From contig OZ360246.1 of the NCBI GenBank assembly GCA_977017645.1, forward strand, positions 13,950,001 through 14,014,000: 64,000 bases of DNA. The letters run 5' to 3'. The notes under the pieces are model-generated. The model saw only the letters and a program-made list of their open reading frames with translations, was not told the origin of the DNA and made no database searches. Numbering within the stretch: position 1 is the first letter of the stretch; every line of letters starts with the position of its first letter. The DNA is from Torpedo marmorata (taxonomy: Eukaryota). Position numbers and translations under genes: made by a program. Shown piece by piece: positions 13,440 to 26,600 of the stretch.

Positions 13440-13662
13440 TGTAATCCTACACTAATCCCATTCTTCCCAAAGTACCACCAATTCTCCAAATTCACTTACA
13501 CATCAGGACATTTTACAGATGGCTTTGTGATAGGGAAGGAAATCAGAGCACACAGGGGAAGCCATGTAGTCACAGGGACTCCACACAGACAGTACCCAAG
13601 TCAGGTTTGAAATTGGATGACTGGCATTGTGAAACAACACTCCGAGCTACACCACTGTGCCC
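13440..13662 (-). mobile_element. Old HE1/V-SINE
   Basis: Degenerate V-domain (ggaaggaaatcagagcacacaggggaagccatgtagtcacaggg) and tRNA-like head. Confidence 0.6.
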
Positions 13663-13807
13663 CTCTGTAACCTTTACCCTGCCATTCTCTCCAATTTTCA
13701 ATCAATTGGAAAAATGGTGCCTCAGAATATGGATGCCAGACTGGGTATTTTAATAGTTTACTTTTTGTTTTGTGATGTTCTTTATTAATGACTATTAAAT
13801 GTCACAA

Positions 13808-14002
13808 GTGGCACAAGGACAGCTTCTTCCGCGCTGCCATCAGATTCCTGAATGATCAATGAACCAAGAAACTGCCTTACTTTGTCTTTTCGTGCACTTT
13901 TTTCTATTTTTGTAAGATGGTTTATATAAATGTTTACACTGTGATGCTGCCGCAAAACAACAAATTTCGTGACTTGTTCATGACAATAAATTCTGATTCT
14001 GA
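13808..14002 (+). mobile_element. Rex1/Babar 3' end fragment
   Basis: HKDSFF..AIRFLN remnant, 3'UTR and AATAAATTCTGATTCTGA tail. Confidence 0.85.
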
Positions 14003-14329
14003 TGTGTTATGTCTTATTAATGAATAAAGATTAAGATTACTTTAATTTGTCATTCTGTTCTGGCTCAAGATATTTCAGTAAAAGAGAGAAAGAGTCAAAT
14101 TTTAATACATATTATCATAGCCCTCAACCACTTTTGCAATCAGTAAATTATTTTGAGGTGCATGTTACCTTTGTCAGTGAATCCAGTAGTAACAATCCAC
14201 AAGCAACAAAAAAAAAGTGAATGGTTGATTAACCTAAAATTGATTTTGTGGGTTGAAAGATGATTGTAGGTCAGGCAAATTGGCAAATTTCTTCTTTTGC
14301 AAACGGTACTATTTAAATCTACCACTAGA

Positions 14330-14508
14330 TTAGGCACATAGAGACAGACCTCATTTCAACCAAAGCTGCACTTACTTGATGTTCAGCACTCATCCAGTCC
14401 TGCCCTGGACTGTCAGTTTTGATAAAGGCACTAAAATCCTTGACTGGGGGTTGAATCCATTGCCTTGACTCAATTGTGAGGGTGCTACCAACTGACCCAA
14501 ATGACTGT
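14330..14508 (-). mobile_element. Ancient tRNA-headed SINE (SacSINE/Deu-SINE-like)
   Basis: Minus strand reads ...gggtcagttggtagcacc...ggattcaacccc, resembling A and B boxes. The family assignment is from memory. Confidence 0.4.
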
Positions 14509-15275
14509 TACAGATTGCAAGTAAACGCTTTACATTTATCTTTCTAAAGCTAGCCACTTTAAACATATGTTCAAATCAGTGTTAGGTTTAAACTAGATCA
14601 TACGCTTGCAAGGCAGCTGCTGTTGATTATATACTAATCACCCAGACTGAAACACTACTGCTGAGAGTCTCCATCACTCAGAGATAATGATAACACCCCA
14701 CGTGCCATGAAAAGGCTCAGGGCAATTCAGAGCAATTAACACAATTAGGATCACTTATCTTTCTTAAGAAATAGAGGAAAATCTTACAGCAATATTTCAA
14801 TTGCTACGCTGACCTCAGCCTTAATTCGAAATGTTTTTTCTTTCTAAATCTTGTTAGCTGATTTTGTTTTCTTAATTTGTGATTGTAATTGTCAGAAACA
14901 ACAAAATTGATACTGACACTCCAAATAAATTGCAAACGCAAATGAAGATTGTTCTATTGAATTAATTCTGTGGTTTAACTTAAATTAGGCCATCCCTTCA
15001 TCTTCTTTGTGTTTGCTGATTGAAACTGAGAACTCTGTTCCTACTGCTGTATTTTTTAATATACAATTGGAAACTCAAAACTGCCAGTTATTTAAACCAA
15101 CATTTACTGTAAGACATGCATACAACTTGAGGGTGTGAACGCATTCAAATTCTTGAGGCTTTTCACCACAGTCCTGCTGAGACTGGAATACCACTGTACC
15201 TGGTTCATACCATCTGAGGCCCCAGAGAACACAAGCAGCAGAAAACACGTAGGCCACTTAACACGTATCATCACT

Positions 15276-15765
15276 CAGAATCAGAATCTGGTTTATTGTC
15301 ATGAACATATGTCACGAAATTTGTTGTTTTGCAGCAGCAATATTGTGCATTACAAATGCAAAAATTGCTATAAATTACATTCCCGTAAATACACTATTTA
15401 AAAATAAATAAAATTAGTGCAAAAGAAGAGAAAGCAAAAGCGAGGTATTGTCTATGGTTAATTATCCATTCAGAAATTTGATGGCAGAGGGGAAGAAGCT
15501 GCTTTTGTATCATTGGGTGTTCATCTTCAGGCTCCTCTACCTCCTTCCTTATCGTAGAAGTGAGAAGAGGGCATGGCCTGGGTGGTGAGGGCCCTTGATG
15601 ATGGGGGCTGCCTTCTTGAGACACCGCCTCTTATAGATTTCCTCAATGGAGTGAAGACTAATGCCCATGATGACGCTCGCTGAGTTTCCTGTCCTATGCA
15701 TTGGCACCTCCATACCAGACAGTGTCGCAACCAGTCAGAATGCTCTCCACGGTGCACCTGTAGAT
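15276..15765 (-). mobile_element. Rex1/Babar 3' fragment, older subfamily
   Basis: TCAGAA tail, 3'UTR and decayed C-terminal coding sequence similar to 37021-37340. Confidence 0.8.
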
Positions 15766-16131
15766 CATGGCCAATGTTGTATCGAACTACTTTCCACTCC
15801 ATCCAAAATGATGGTACCGAAAAATCTTTCAGCCTCAATTTTGACTAAACTCAACAAAGCAACAATGAGCCTCTGAGATCGGGAATTTCAGAGATTTACA
15901 GTGCTCTGAGGGGAGAAACATCTTCTCATTTTTATTCTAAATGGTTGACCCTTCATTCTGAGAATGTGTCCTTCACTTCTGGAGGCTCCAGCCAGATGAA
16001 ATAACCTTTCATTATCTATCTCCCCCTGCCCTTTCTTCCCTTCCCCTCAGCCTTTTTAAACAGGCGCCTGGCTGCTTTTTGTTCACACCTTGAAGGAGGG
16101 CTCAGGCCTGAAACGTTGGTTATGTATCCTT

Positions 16132-16287
16132 ACACCAGGTGCTGTAGGTTTCTGTGAGGGGCGCTGGACAAAATAGCGACCCTTTGTCTGCCTTACGGTA
16201 GACAAAAATTAAAGAATTTCATGTATGTTACATTCTAAATGTAGTATTACGTGACAATAATGGAACCTTTACCTTTACCTTTACCTT
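16132..16287 (+). mobile_element. 5'-truncated 5S-derived SINE nested in a Penelope-terminus repeat (16040-16340)
   Basis: Matches 36559-36702 and has an (ACCTTT)3 tail. The host repeat resumes after it with gagacctgctgagttcc. Confidence 0.85.
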
Positions 16288-16779
16288 CTATGTATACTGT
16301 GAGACCTGCTGAGTTCCTTCAGCATTTTTATGTTTTTATTTCAGTATCTACCATCTCAATCCTCAGAGTTGTTTTCAGGCTTCATTGAGATCACCTTTGA
16401 TTATTTTACAATCCAGTGATTGAGTCAAACTTACTAAATCACTTCATTATGACAGTCCCCTCATTCTGGTAAACAATCTGCTCAACCTACACTGCACTGC
16501 CAAACGTATCATTCCCTAGATTTGGAGACTAAAACTGCAAGAGCGGTCTTACCAAAGCCCTGTACAATTACAGAACAACATCCTGGCAATAAAAGTTAAA
16601 ATACTGCACAACATTTGAGTTGCTTACAACCAGTACATTATCTTCCAGGGTTTTAAGGCAGCTTATCAAGATATTGCTGTACTTTAAAAACATTTGTTTT
16701 TCTATTCTTCCCACCAAAGTGAGTATATTTTTATTTGACTTGCTTTTTGTGATATAAATGATTTTCAGCCAAATAGAAG

Positions 16780-17665
16780 AGGCAGGAAGTTTGCAGATGA
16801 TACAAAAATTGAACATGTAATTGACAGTGAGGAGGAAAGTTTTAGATTGCAGGAAGATATGGCTTGGTTTGACAGACAGAAAAATGGCAAAGAAATTTAA
16901 TTCAGGGAAATGTGCGCCATTTGTATGGTTTCAATAGGACAAAGAAATATACACCAAATTAGAGATGATATGGGGTGTGGAGAAACAAAGGTATCCTGGA
17001 CTGAATGTGCACAAATCCTTGAAGATCGTAGGACAGGTCAATGAGGTGGATTAAAAGACATACAGGATGTCTTTTATTAACCAAAACCCAGAACGGTAGA
17101 GCAGGGAGGAAGTGTTAGAACTGTATACAACACGAGTTATAGTTGATAGCTTGAGTACTGTGTATCATCTGGCCATCACATTGCAGGAAAGATGTGATTG
17201 CACTGGAGAGGATGTAGAGGAGGTATACAAGGATGTTGCCTCGAATAGAAAATTGTAGGTTAATGGAAAGACTGTATAATCTGAAGTTGTCTTCTTTGGA
17301 AGAAAAGAAGCTGACAGGAGACTTCATTAAGGTATAAAAACTAAGCAGCCTGGATGGAATAAATAAAGAGTACTTACTTCCCCAAGCAGAGAGGTCAAAA
17401 ACAAGGTATTTTAGGTTCAAAGCAATTCGTAGATGGAATAGAGAAGAAATTAGGAAAATTCTTTTCACCCAGAGAGTAATAGTCATATTAAATTCACTGC
17501 CTGAGGAGGGTGGTGGAGGCAGAAACCTTCAACATACATCACAGGAGTTTGATGTGCACCTGAAGAGCATAGAACTGAAACATCTGGAGCTCCAGATGTT
17601 CGATGATGGGATTAGGCCGTAGTCTCCTTTTGAAACATAATGGGCCAAGTGGCTTCCTTCTATGG
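16780..17665 (+). mobile_element. Degenerate CR1 (HER1-like) LINE 3' part
   Basis: aagtttgcagatgatacaaaa (KFADDTK), RKDVIALER remnants and a CR1 tail. Confidence 0.75.
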
Positions 17666-18559
17666 TATAGGTTGTGTATAATGTGATTATTTCTGGCTCA
17701 TGTTGTTATCTGTTTGCAGATTATTTCGCTCTTGCTGCTCATTTTCCCACCCAGATTCATATTACCAGCAGATTTGGATACCTTGTACTCTGTCATCTCA
17801 TCTGAATCACATCTATAATCCGTATAACCTTTATGTATGATACTCTATCTCTCTATCCTTCTGTGTATGTTTATCTGTCCTCTGTGTGTTTCCAACTATG
17901 TCTCTTTGTTCGTCCCTCTGTTTGTGTATTTTTGTCCCTCTGTGTAATCTGGAGTTCTCTCTTAGGGGGAGAGCAAACTTGAACTGAGTTCAAAATGGTG
18001 TGTTTTGGCTGAAATTATCTTTTATGTCACCTTCTGCTTTTCTGCCTTGGCCTGCTTTGTTCTTTCAGTCTATCACATGCTGCATCTCCACCTCATTTTT
18101 ATCCATGTGGCTCGTTCTCCTACATTCCATATTAGTGTCCCACTGAGGACCTGTTCCTCTCTCCCTTATCATTTATTCATATATCTACTTTTGTGTGTGT
18201 GTGTGAGTGTGAGCATGCATTCTTTTATGTGTTCATGTGTGCATTTCTCCATTCAATAAATTAAAAACCCACTTTTTACAGAGTGTTTCTTAAGTGTTCT
18301 GCACCAGAATGTAGAGTCTGAAACAAATTAAAACCTCAATTCATTGCTGTCTTTTGTATCTCAAAACGCTTCTTCTACTGACCAATCCTACGTTGGAAAA
18401 AAAGTCCAGGCATGTTATGAAACAAAAAGGATAACTCATCTAAAAGGGGTGTACACTAATGTGCCTATGTGCACTCTTGGATATAATCTCAATGCAATTG
18501 TGAGGGAATGCTGCATTGTCACAGGTGCAACTTTCAAAAGGTTCATTCATTTGGGGTCC

Positions 18560-18882
18560 CTGGTAGTTCTTACCAGAACTAGGGGACGTAGCCTCAAGGC
18601 AGTAAATTTAAGACAGAGCTGAGGAGGAACTGCTTTTCCCAGAGGGTGGTGAATCTGTGGAATTCGCTACCCATTGAAGCAGTGGAGGCTACCTCAGTAA
18701 ATATATTTAAGACAAGGTTGGATAGATTTATACATAGTTGGGGAATTAAGGGATATGGGGAAAAGGCAGGTAGGTGGAGATGAGCCTATCATCAGATCAG
18801 CCATGATCTCATTGAATGGTGGAGCAGGCTCGACGGGCCGGATGGCCTACTCCTGCTCCCATTTCTTATGTTCTTATGTTCT
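18560..18882 (+). mobile_element. CR1 LINE 3' end
   Basis: Near-identical to 28335-28584; (TTCTTATG)n tail. Confidence 0.85.
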
Positions 18883-20074
18883 AATGCCATGGCAGTATAC
18901 AAAGGCAAGCCAAACCCATCCTTTAACTAATATATACCGGTACATGAACAAATTAACTAATTATTCATTTTGTTTGTTGCTTGGGGCAATGCTGTGCATA
19001 AATTGGTTGCCATGCATAACCATAGTACAGTAGAGACTGCAGTTCAAAAATAATTCGTAAAATGCGAAGCATACATGATAGATACTACATAAATCCATAA
19101 GTTCCTTTAGAGATTATGAACTGTCACATAAAAGACAGGATCATTTTTAATGGTGTGCATAGTTCTCTTCTTTCTCTGTTTATTTAACATCCCTTCAACT
19201 GGGTGGTGTGACTCCATTGTAAACAGCTATTTAGCAATGAGGTCCTGTGGGTGAGATCAGGAAGGGCATGATTAATAATAATGTAAGCAAAACCACACTT
19301 AAATAAAACCAGAGTGGTTCCATTCACATGTGGCAAGCTGGGTATAAAGAGAAAAAATAAATAATACAGCTGAGTAAACATTCAGAAGAATACCGATAAA
19401 TTGATGCTGACACCATGCACGTTTGAACTGCAAGTGACCAGATACCATTTGTTTAATCACTGAAATGGATAAGGTTTTGATACCAGTAAAGATTGTCTGA
19501 AGAATGGAAAGGGTGGGACTTTGTTGCTCTCAAAGAATAAGTCACTTTGAGGGAGGGGATGTCAGGGAGGTGGGCAAGGGGATATTGGCTTCTGTGGAAA
19601 TGGGTTGACACTAGGAGGAGTGGACCATACAGGTTGGCAGTGTGGGTATATGTTGACCAGGTGGAGACTGATACTGTGGAAAGTGGATAGAGTGGCAATG
19701 GATTCACACCAGAAACAATGAGTCCCTCATTACCTAGATGAAAATAGTTAGACACTGCTTTAATGCTACTCCTGCGAGCTTCTTTCCTTTGTAACGTGAA
19801 GAATATATAATTGTTCTCTCAATGTTGCCAGGGCTAAATAATACACAGCACTGAGGGACTTACTGCATCAGACACACCGGAGCAGAGAAAGTGAATGAAA
19901 AATGTTGACCTTTGCCAGCAGAGCCTACCTCCATGAGTGAATAAAAAGAATTAACAGCAAAGACTGATTTTATATTTTCAAGTTTTGAAACTGTGCATAA
20001 GATTTAGTTTATCAGAACATGTTATGAAGGCTTCGGAAAATATTTGAAAGTGGGAATTGAATAGAAGACTAAAA

Positions 20075-20265
20075 AAATGCAGACATGGGAAGTCTGAAAA
20101 AGAAGCAGAAAATGCTGAAGAACTCAGCAGTTCAGGCAGCATCTGCAGAGAATGGATCCATGGATCCAAGTTTCAGGTTGACAATGTTTTTATTAGCACT
20201 GGGAACAGCGAAAAAACAAGCATGGTTTAATGTGCAGAATGGGAGAGGGGTGGAGAGAATGATGG
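20075..20265 (-). repeat. Penelope-terminus-derived repeat
   Basis: gcagaaaatgctgaagaactcagcagttcaggcagcatctg motif shared with the other copies. Confidence 0.55.
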
Positions 20266-20762
20266 ATCCAAATAACTAACACTAACCCAAACAGTATCTC
20301 AGCCAAGCCTGACGATATGCATTAGAGCCAGGTCAGGTATCAAAAATGTCATGTCATCAGCCTCAGATTGCATCAGGCCACACCAGCTCTTTATAAGTAA
20401 CTTGTCAGCACCAGTCAGGTTTGGGTGCACTAGAATCTCTGGGCCACTGTACTTGCTGGTGGTCAGATGACTTTCACTTAAATGTAGCTCAGTTATCAGA
20501 ATACTGTACTTGTTTCAGGGTGGGAATATTCCAAGTTTAGATCCTGCCAGAAAGGTCTTGTCAAAAACTCCAGTGCTGTACTGAGGATGCTCCCTCTTCC
20601 CTTTCAGGTTACTATTTCAGAGAGGAACAAAAGAGTTATCCCTGTATATCAGATGAACATTTCTAAAACTGATATTCTGTTCATTATTACACTGCTGACC
20701 CAACATTTAACAAACAGTTAGAAAAATTTCCTCAATTATACTTTTCTTTAAGATGTTGTTAA

Positions 20763-21008
20763 TTTTTTTTAAATTTAGACATACAGCACGGTAACAGGCC
20801 CTTTCAGCCCATGAGCCCGTGCCGCCCAATTACACCCAATTGACCTACACCTCCGGTGCGTTTTTGAACAGTGGGAGGAAACCAGAGCACCTGAAGGAAT
20901 CCCACGCAGACACAGGGAGAACGTACAAACTCCTTACAGACAGCGCAGGATTCGAACCCCGGTCGCTGGCGCTGTAACAGCGTTGCGCTAACAGCTAACC
21001 ATAGCCCT
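20763..21008 (-). mobile_element. HE1/V-SINE (tRNA head, V-domain, CR1-like tail), young copy
   Basis: B box GGTTCGAATCC on the minus strand; V-domain GGAGTTTGTACGTTCTCCCTGTGTCTGCGTGGG; tail resembles the CR1 tail at 45625. Confidence 0.88.
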
Positions 21009-24000
21009 CTAGTCTCCAAATGTCTCTCTGCTTCACTTAACTGTGACATAACCGTATACTCCTCCCCCAACAAGCTTTCCCATTTCTCCCTCCAAGAGCA
21101 CACATACCCAGCAGCCACTGATGATTTAAAATTGTTCCCACTGATGAAATCTATCTGTGTTGTAAATGAGGCCCTTCTCTAACTACTTCTGTCCATATAC
21201 ACAAAGCAACTTCCTCAGCTCAGTCTGCAGAACCAAAAGATAATAAAGATTCCAACATTTATTAACTCCTACAAGTATTTGTAAATGTGGCCCAGTATAA
21301 AATTAATTCCATTTATGTAAAAAATACGCAATGCACAGCAGACCAGTCAAGATATATATAAAAGAATGTTGTGTGTGTACATGTCCTGTCCAACTTTCTC
21401 TTGTCCATATTTTTGTCAAACTTTCAACATTGAAACATCAATGTGAACATTTCAATTGAATGTCCTCAAGTAAATATTTTCACATTATTAAGTTCAGCTA
21501 CTAGGTGGCCCTGTAGAGCAAGGTGCTTTAAGTGACTAAATTTTATGAAAATGTATTTGTTCATGGAACACGGGCATTTCTAGAAGTCCTTAATTGCACT
21601 TGGACTGGGGAGGTAACTACAGTCACGTAAAGGCCAGATTGGCAAAGGGAGGCAGGTTTCCTCTCCTGAAGGTTATCAATGAACTAGATTAGCTTTTACA
21701 ACAATTTCATAGTTTTGCAGTTAGTGTTCTAAGACTGGGTGTAATTCAGATTTATTTAATTATTTGAACTTAAGCACCCCAGTTACAATGGTGGATTTCA
21801 TTCTTGTAGCTCCAGTTCAATGGTCCAGTAATGTGACCACCACACTGTCAAACCCTGACCCAACATGATCCCTGTCCCCCTCTCCCCCAACATCATTAAT
21901 CTGTGCATTAAATCTTATGTACTGGTGCTGACCAACTTTAAAAAGACAGGTTAATTATTCTTGTGTCAACACTTTGTGTGTTCTAGTAAGGATTTCTGCC
22001 CAACCATTTCCTCTGTTTGTATCTTCTCAGCAATGACTTTTGCTGCTACTTTATTCTGACTCATCAATGGTTGCTGCCTAACTTGTAAATGGAGTGTTGT
22101 TTAGTGTTGTACAGACAGAGTATGCATTTTCTTGAGGGGCTCAGAGAGTGGAAGTTGACTTTAAAGACAGAGACTGAAGAGAGAAAGAAAGGGGGAAAGT
22201 GGCAGAGCGAGCAAGAGAGAAAGCAAAACATGTTGCTTTGTTGGCAAACATTAAGTTGTTGCTGTTTGACTCCTTTACTGGTTCCCAGCAGTTATTGTGT
22301 CCTGGTGTACCAGTGAGGATAATTGTTTTGGTGAATGATTCAGTACTCCGTCTTCATCAAGACACTTCACTGTATCTGGATTGAGAAAGAGCAATCTACT
22401 TTTCTTAATGATAGAGGGATATCCTTGCTCCCACACACATTCCTGGTCATTCATGTGTGACCGGATCCACCAGGTAAATGGCAGAACACATTACAATAAA
22501 CTCTGGAGAGATCTTGGAATGGAATCTTCAGCTGTCATACAGCAAACACCGCATTGTCTGCATTCCTGCCTCACACTTACTGCACAGGAGAAAATCTTTT
22601 TTCTGCATGTTATAGACTGTGATATGGAACCTTTGTGTGTCTTTATATCAGCTATTCAATATAGGAGACTTTGGGTTCATCAGGGAGGTTAGGGTTTGAA
22701 ACCACACCAATTTAATTCATGTTGTACATGTGATCAGACCAGTAAGATGCTTGAAAACAAGAATTTCAGCTGTGGCCACATCAACTGCATCACATGCACA
22801 TCCCTTCCTGATTATTCTTACTGTTTGCATTCTTTGCTTGCATCTTACAAGCTGTTGAAATGATCCGTTTCCTAAGATCAGTTTTATTATTGTGGTTTTG
22901 TTTCGATTATGGAATCAGTTGTAGTTTTAAACTGAATTTAATAGACTGAGTGCTGCACAATTTTTGTTTAAAATCCAGTTTTACTTTGTAACAAACCTGA
23001 CTTGTTAAGGGCCATGGAGATTTTACTGTGCTAGGACTGATGTGCCCATTTTAATTTGCTGAATTTATGAATGGTCATGGTGTCGAAATCTCTTGTAATA
23101 GAGACGCAATGTGAGGAAGGTTCAGAGGTCAAGCCTGGCTGATGTGATTAGTGGGAGTGACAGAATGCGCTTTCAAACCACTCAGCAGATCACCGGGAGA
23201 GGGGAGAGGGAGATAAAATTTCACCAGCGCAGGGATGAAGAGCTGGTCAAGAGGACAGAAGACTCTGTCTCTGTTGCCGAACACAGGGCTCAATACAGCT
23301 TTGTGTCCACTGGAGTTTTCTGTGCTTTACAGTAGTTTGAAAGTTATCTATCTGGAAACCATTCAAACAAGTCCAGCACTTGAGGCCCACAGTAGCAGAG
23401 TTCCACAGCTTTAAGTACAAGCACAGGTCAGCAATTTCTGATTTTATTTGAGTACTATTTGAGGAAAATCTAATGTTTCCCTTATGTCATTTAAAGAAAT
23501 TCCTTGTGCTTTTATTTCATTTTCTTTTACAAATTACAAACTTATTTACAAAAACAAAGACAAGGGAGAAAGAGATGTATCCTAATATAACAGTTCAGTA
23601 TGAAAGGAGTTAATGATGTTAGGAGCACCTTAACTCTTTAATGAATGTTTTTGTAGATTTTTTCAGTTAATAACTTTTATTTTCGATAGCTTCCAGCGAT
23701 CTGCTTTCTCACGCATCTCATGCAACAATAATAGACAATTAGTTCTCTCCTCGCTCTACACTGGAGCTTTGGACATAAGTTAGCATAATGGTGGTGTAAT
23801 CTGATTTTAGACTTTCTGTTAATAATTAGAAATGGAAAGAACTGATTAATATAGATTCTCTACATGAACACAGAGCTTCCTAAAATGGGGCATCATTGAG
23901 AAAAGAAAGGCCATCAATATATTCAAAGTGTGGTCACTCCCATGTTAAAGAAGGATTACTTTCAGGTGATTCTGTGCTTACTTGAAGATGTAAAGCTGAA

Positions 24001-25580
24001 GCTTTAGTGAAGGCAAAGACCCAGGAGAGAGAGAGGAAGATTCCTTGATGAATGTAACACAGAGATAGTAGGAATATGGTAGTTGCTGAAACATGCTCCA
24101 ATCCCATGCTGTCAGGGAAGATTTTGAGGGCATAAGAGAAGCCAGTAAGGTGGAGATTTATTTCAGGCTGTGGAAATGCAGGTGAACTGACAAGCATGAG
24201 AGTCAAAGATGTTCATCCTGATAGAATGATATTGGAGAAGCTGCATCGTAACACAAAGCAAAAAGTCAATCGGTTTCGAAATGTTCAGGGTGTCATTGCG
24301 GTAGTGTCCTGACACCATCGGAGTAACAATCTGTCAGGTTACTGTGCACCTCTATGAGGACACGTCACTTGTAAAAGTTTATTGTTTAATTTTAAATTTT
24401 TTAGTAAATCTTACAATTTACTGTTTTACTATTTATCGCACTGACAGAATTTTTGTATTCTAAAATACTGAATAAAGTAATACTGAGGGAAGTAACTTGT
24501 TTCTGATTTTTTTTAACATATGTATAATGAGAAAAAATAGTCTTGAATCCCTCTTTGTTTTCCTTTTTCTTGATGTACTTTGAAATTGTGCATTGGGACA
24601 CAAGAGGGCAATGCCTACATTGCTAGACAAGGGATCCCCCTGATGGCCATAGCAAATAATTGCAACCAAAACAGAAGCAGTTGAATTCCATTCTGGGCTT
24701 GAAAGTGGGTCTCTTATTATAAAGGGCTGAATCTTGTGATTTAACCAGTTTTGAAGATGTTGATACTTATTTATATCATTGAATTTTGGATGAGAGAAAT
24801 CAGCCTAAACTTGCAGTGGTTCAGAACAACATTAAATGACTTTTGAAGTGTGGAAGATGCTGATAACCTGAGGGCTTCTGTAATAAGCAGAATAGGAAAA
24901 GGTGACTGATTCATTTCCCTCTTGGGTTATTAAAGTGATCCAAGTTCTTTCATAGTTACTATACAGTATCTGTCCAAACTGACCAGAATTTGCTGAATTC
25001 AGGTGAGAACTCAGCACTCAACCCACAGAGATAATAGTTTGATTGCAGGAGCACAAATGTACTGTACATTAAATCCTCCTCACCTCTTACCAAATCCTTT
25101 GTTGTCTTGCCCACAGGAGGGTCAGAGGAAAGGAAACAGTGTTGCGGCTGCTTTGAATTCTATGATCTGGGTTAGTGCACTGATTGTGGGATTGATGAAT
25201 TAATCCCTCGATCCCTGTTCCCCCATTCCTCTCATAGCTGCTTGACTCTTGTTGGGATGAGAATTCAAGGATTGGTGTCCACCTCTTTGACTTTTCTCCG
25301 ACTGGTGCTTCTCTTCTGCACCTCAATCCTGACACGAATTGAAGCTGATGGTTGGAGTGTGCCCTTGTCCTTGCCAATTGTCTTTGAAGATTAACCAGGA
25401 GCACAGGCTCCTGCTGATTACCCACAAGGCTCCTTTCCATAATATATGGTGGATTCTTATTACACCCAGACCAAACTAAATTACAATAAATACATTTCTA
25501 CCCAAAACCCATGAATAAATAATATAACATTTTCTTTTTTTCATTTCACGAGATCACCCAGAATTCACAACATTAGCACA

Positions 25581-26364
25581 CAAGATTCAAGATTCAATTT
25601 ATCGTCATAGTAATAAGACAGTGTCATATTCCATGAAATTTCTTTTTGCCTGCTGCAAGGCAGACAGATTTGCCACCGGCAGAAATTGCCTAAGCGCTTC
25701 TAACATTCCTTACAGTCAGAGAAAGAGAAGCAAAAGAGAATCCCCCCAGAGTCACCGAGGGTCCGTAGATTCGCCTCCAGCGCTTCTGCAGCCTCCGCAG
25801 CCACACAGAGTCCAGTCCAAACCATCGGCAATCCGAGCTCCAGATCCGAACCTCCGACACGGTCGGTCGGCACCCCCTCGCATCCCGGTTCCGATACCTG
25901 GTACTCCTCCAGCCAGTTCGAGCCATCCTCCAGCAGTCCGCAGCCCAGCGTGAGTCCCCCGACAGCATTCTCCAGCAACCCACAGCCTCTGCGGGTTCCT
26001 CGCCTCGATTCGTCAGCAGCCCGCTGCATGCACTGGTCCTTCAGCCTCAGAGCCCCTCACCGGTCTGCCGCCATGGTCACCGTCCCGTGGGTCGTCTCCT
26101 CCACTTCTCTTTCTCAGATGGGGGGTGATCTTCCCATCCTCTGGTGCCCTGCTCCAGTCCTCCGCTTCCCCGGAGTCTGCAGCCCCTCGTGGCTGCTGCC
26201 GGTTAAAGGCGCTGCCATCTTGGACGCAGACCCCGCGGTGGCGGGATCTTAAATAAAACCACCGTCGGCTCCTTTAACGGGCCGTTCAAAGCCCGTGCGG
26301 AGCCGACGGCAGTCGACTAGGCGGCTGGACCCCGCGGGAGCGCTGTATCTCCGCTCCCACGCTC
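25581..26364 (-). mobile_element. Second copy of the GC-rich non-autonomous retroelement, slightly 5'-truncated
   Basis: Reverse complement aligns to ~12115-12900; (TTGAATC)n tail. Confidence 0.8.
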
Positions 26365-26429
26365 ACATTATAGTCAAAGGAGTTTAACTGTCATTTAATG
26401 GCTACATCGTTTCACCTTATTACAGACAT

Positions 26430-26600
26430 TCTCTTTGTTCCATCCATCAACTTCCCCCGCTTTCTCTGCTGCTTAAACTAACTTTATTTCTTTCTTTTCA
26501 GTTCTGATGAATGGTCTTTGATTTGAAACGTGAACTGTTTCTCCTTCCACAGATGCTGCTTGACCTGTTGAATTTTTTCCAGCATTCTCTCTTTTTATTG
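26430..26600 (+). repeat. Penelope-terminus-derived repeat with hammerhead-like core
   Basis: cagttCTGATGAa...GAAACGTgaactg followed by ccacagatgctgcttgacctgttga. Confidence 0.6.
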
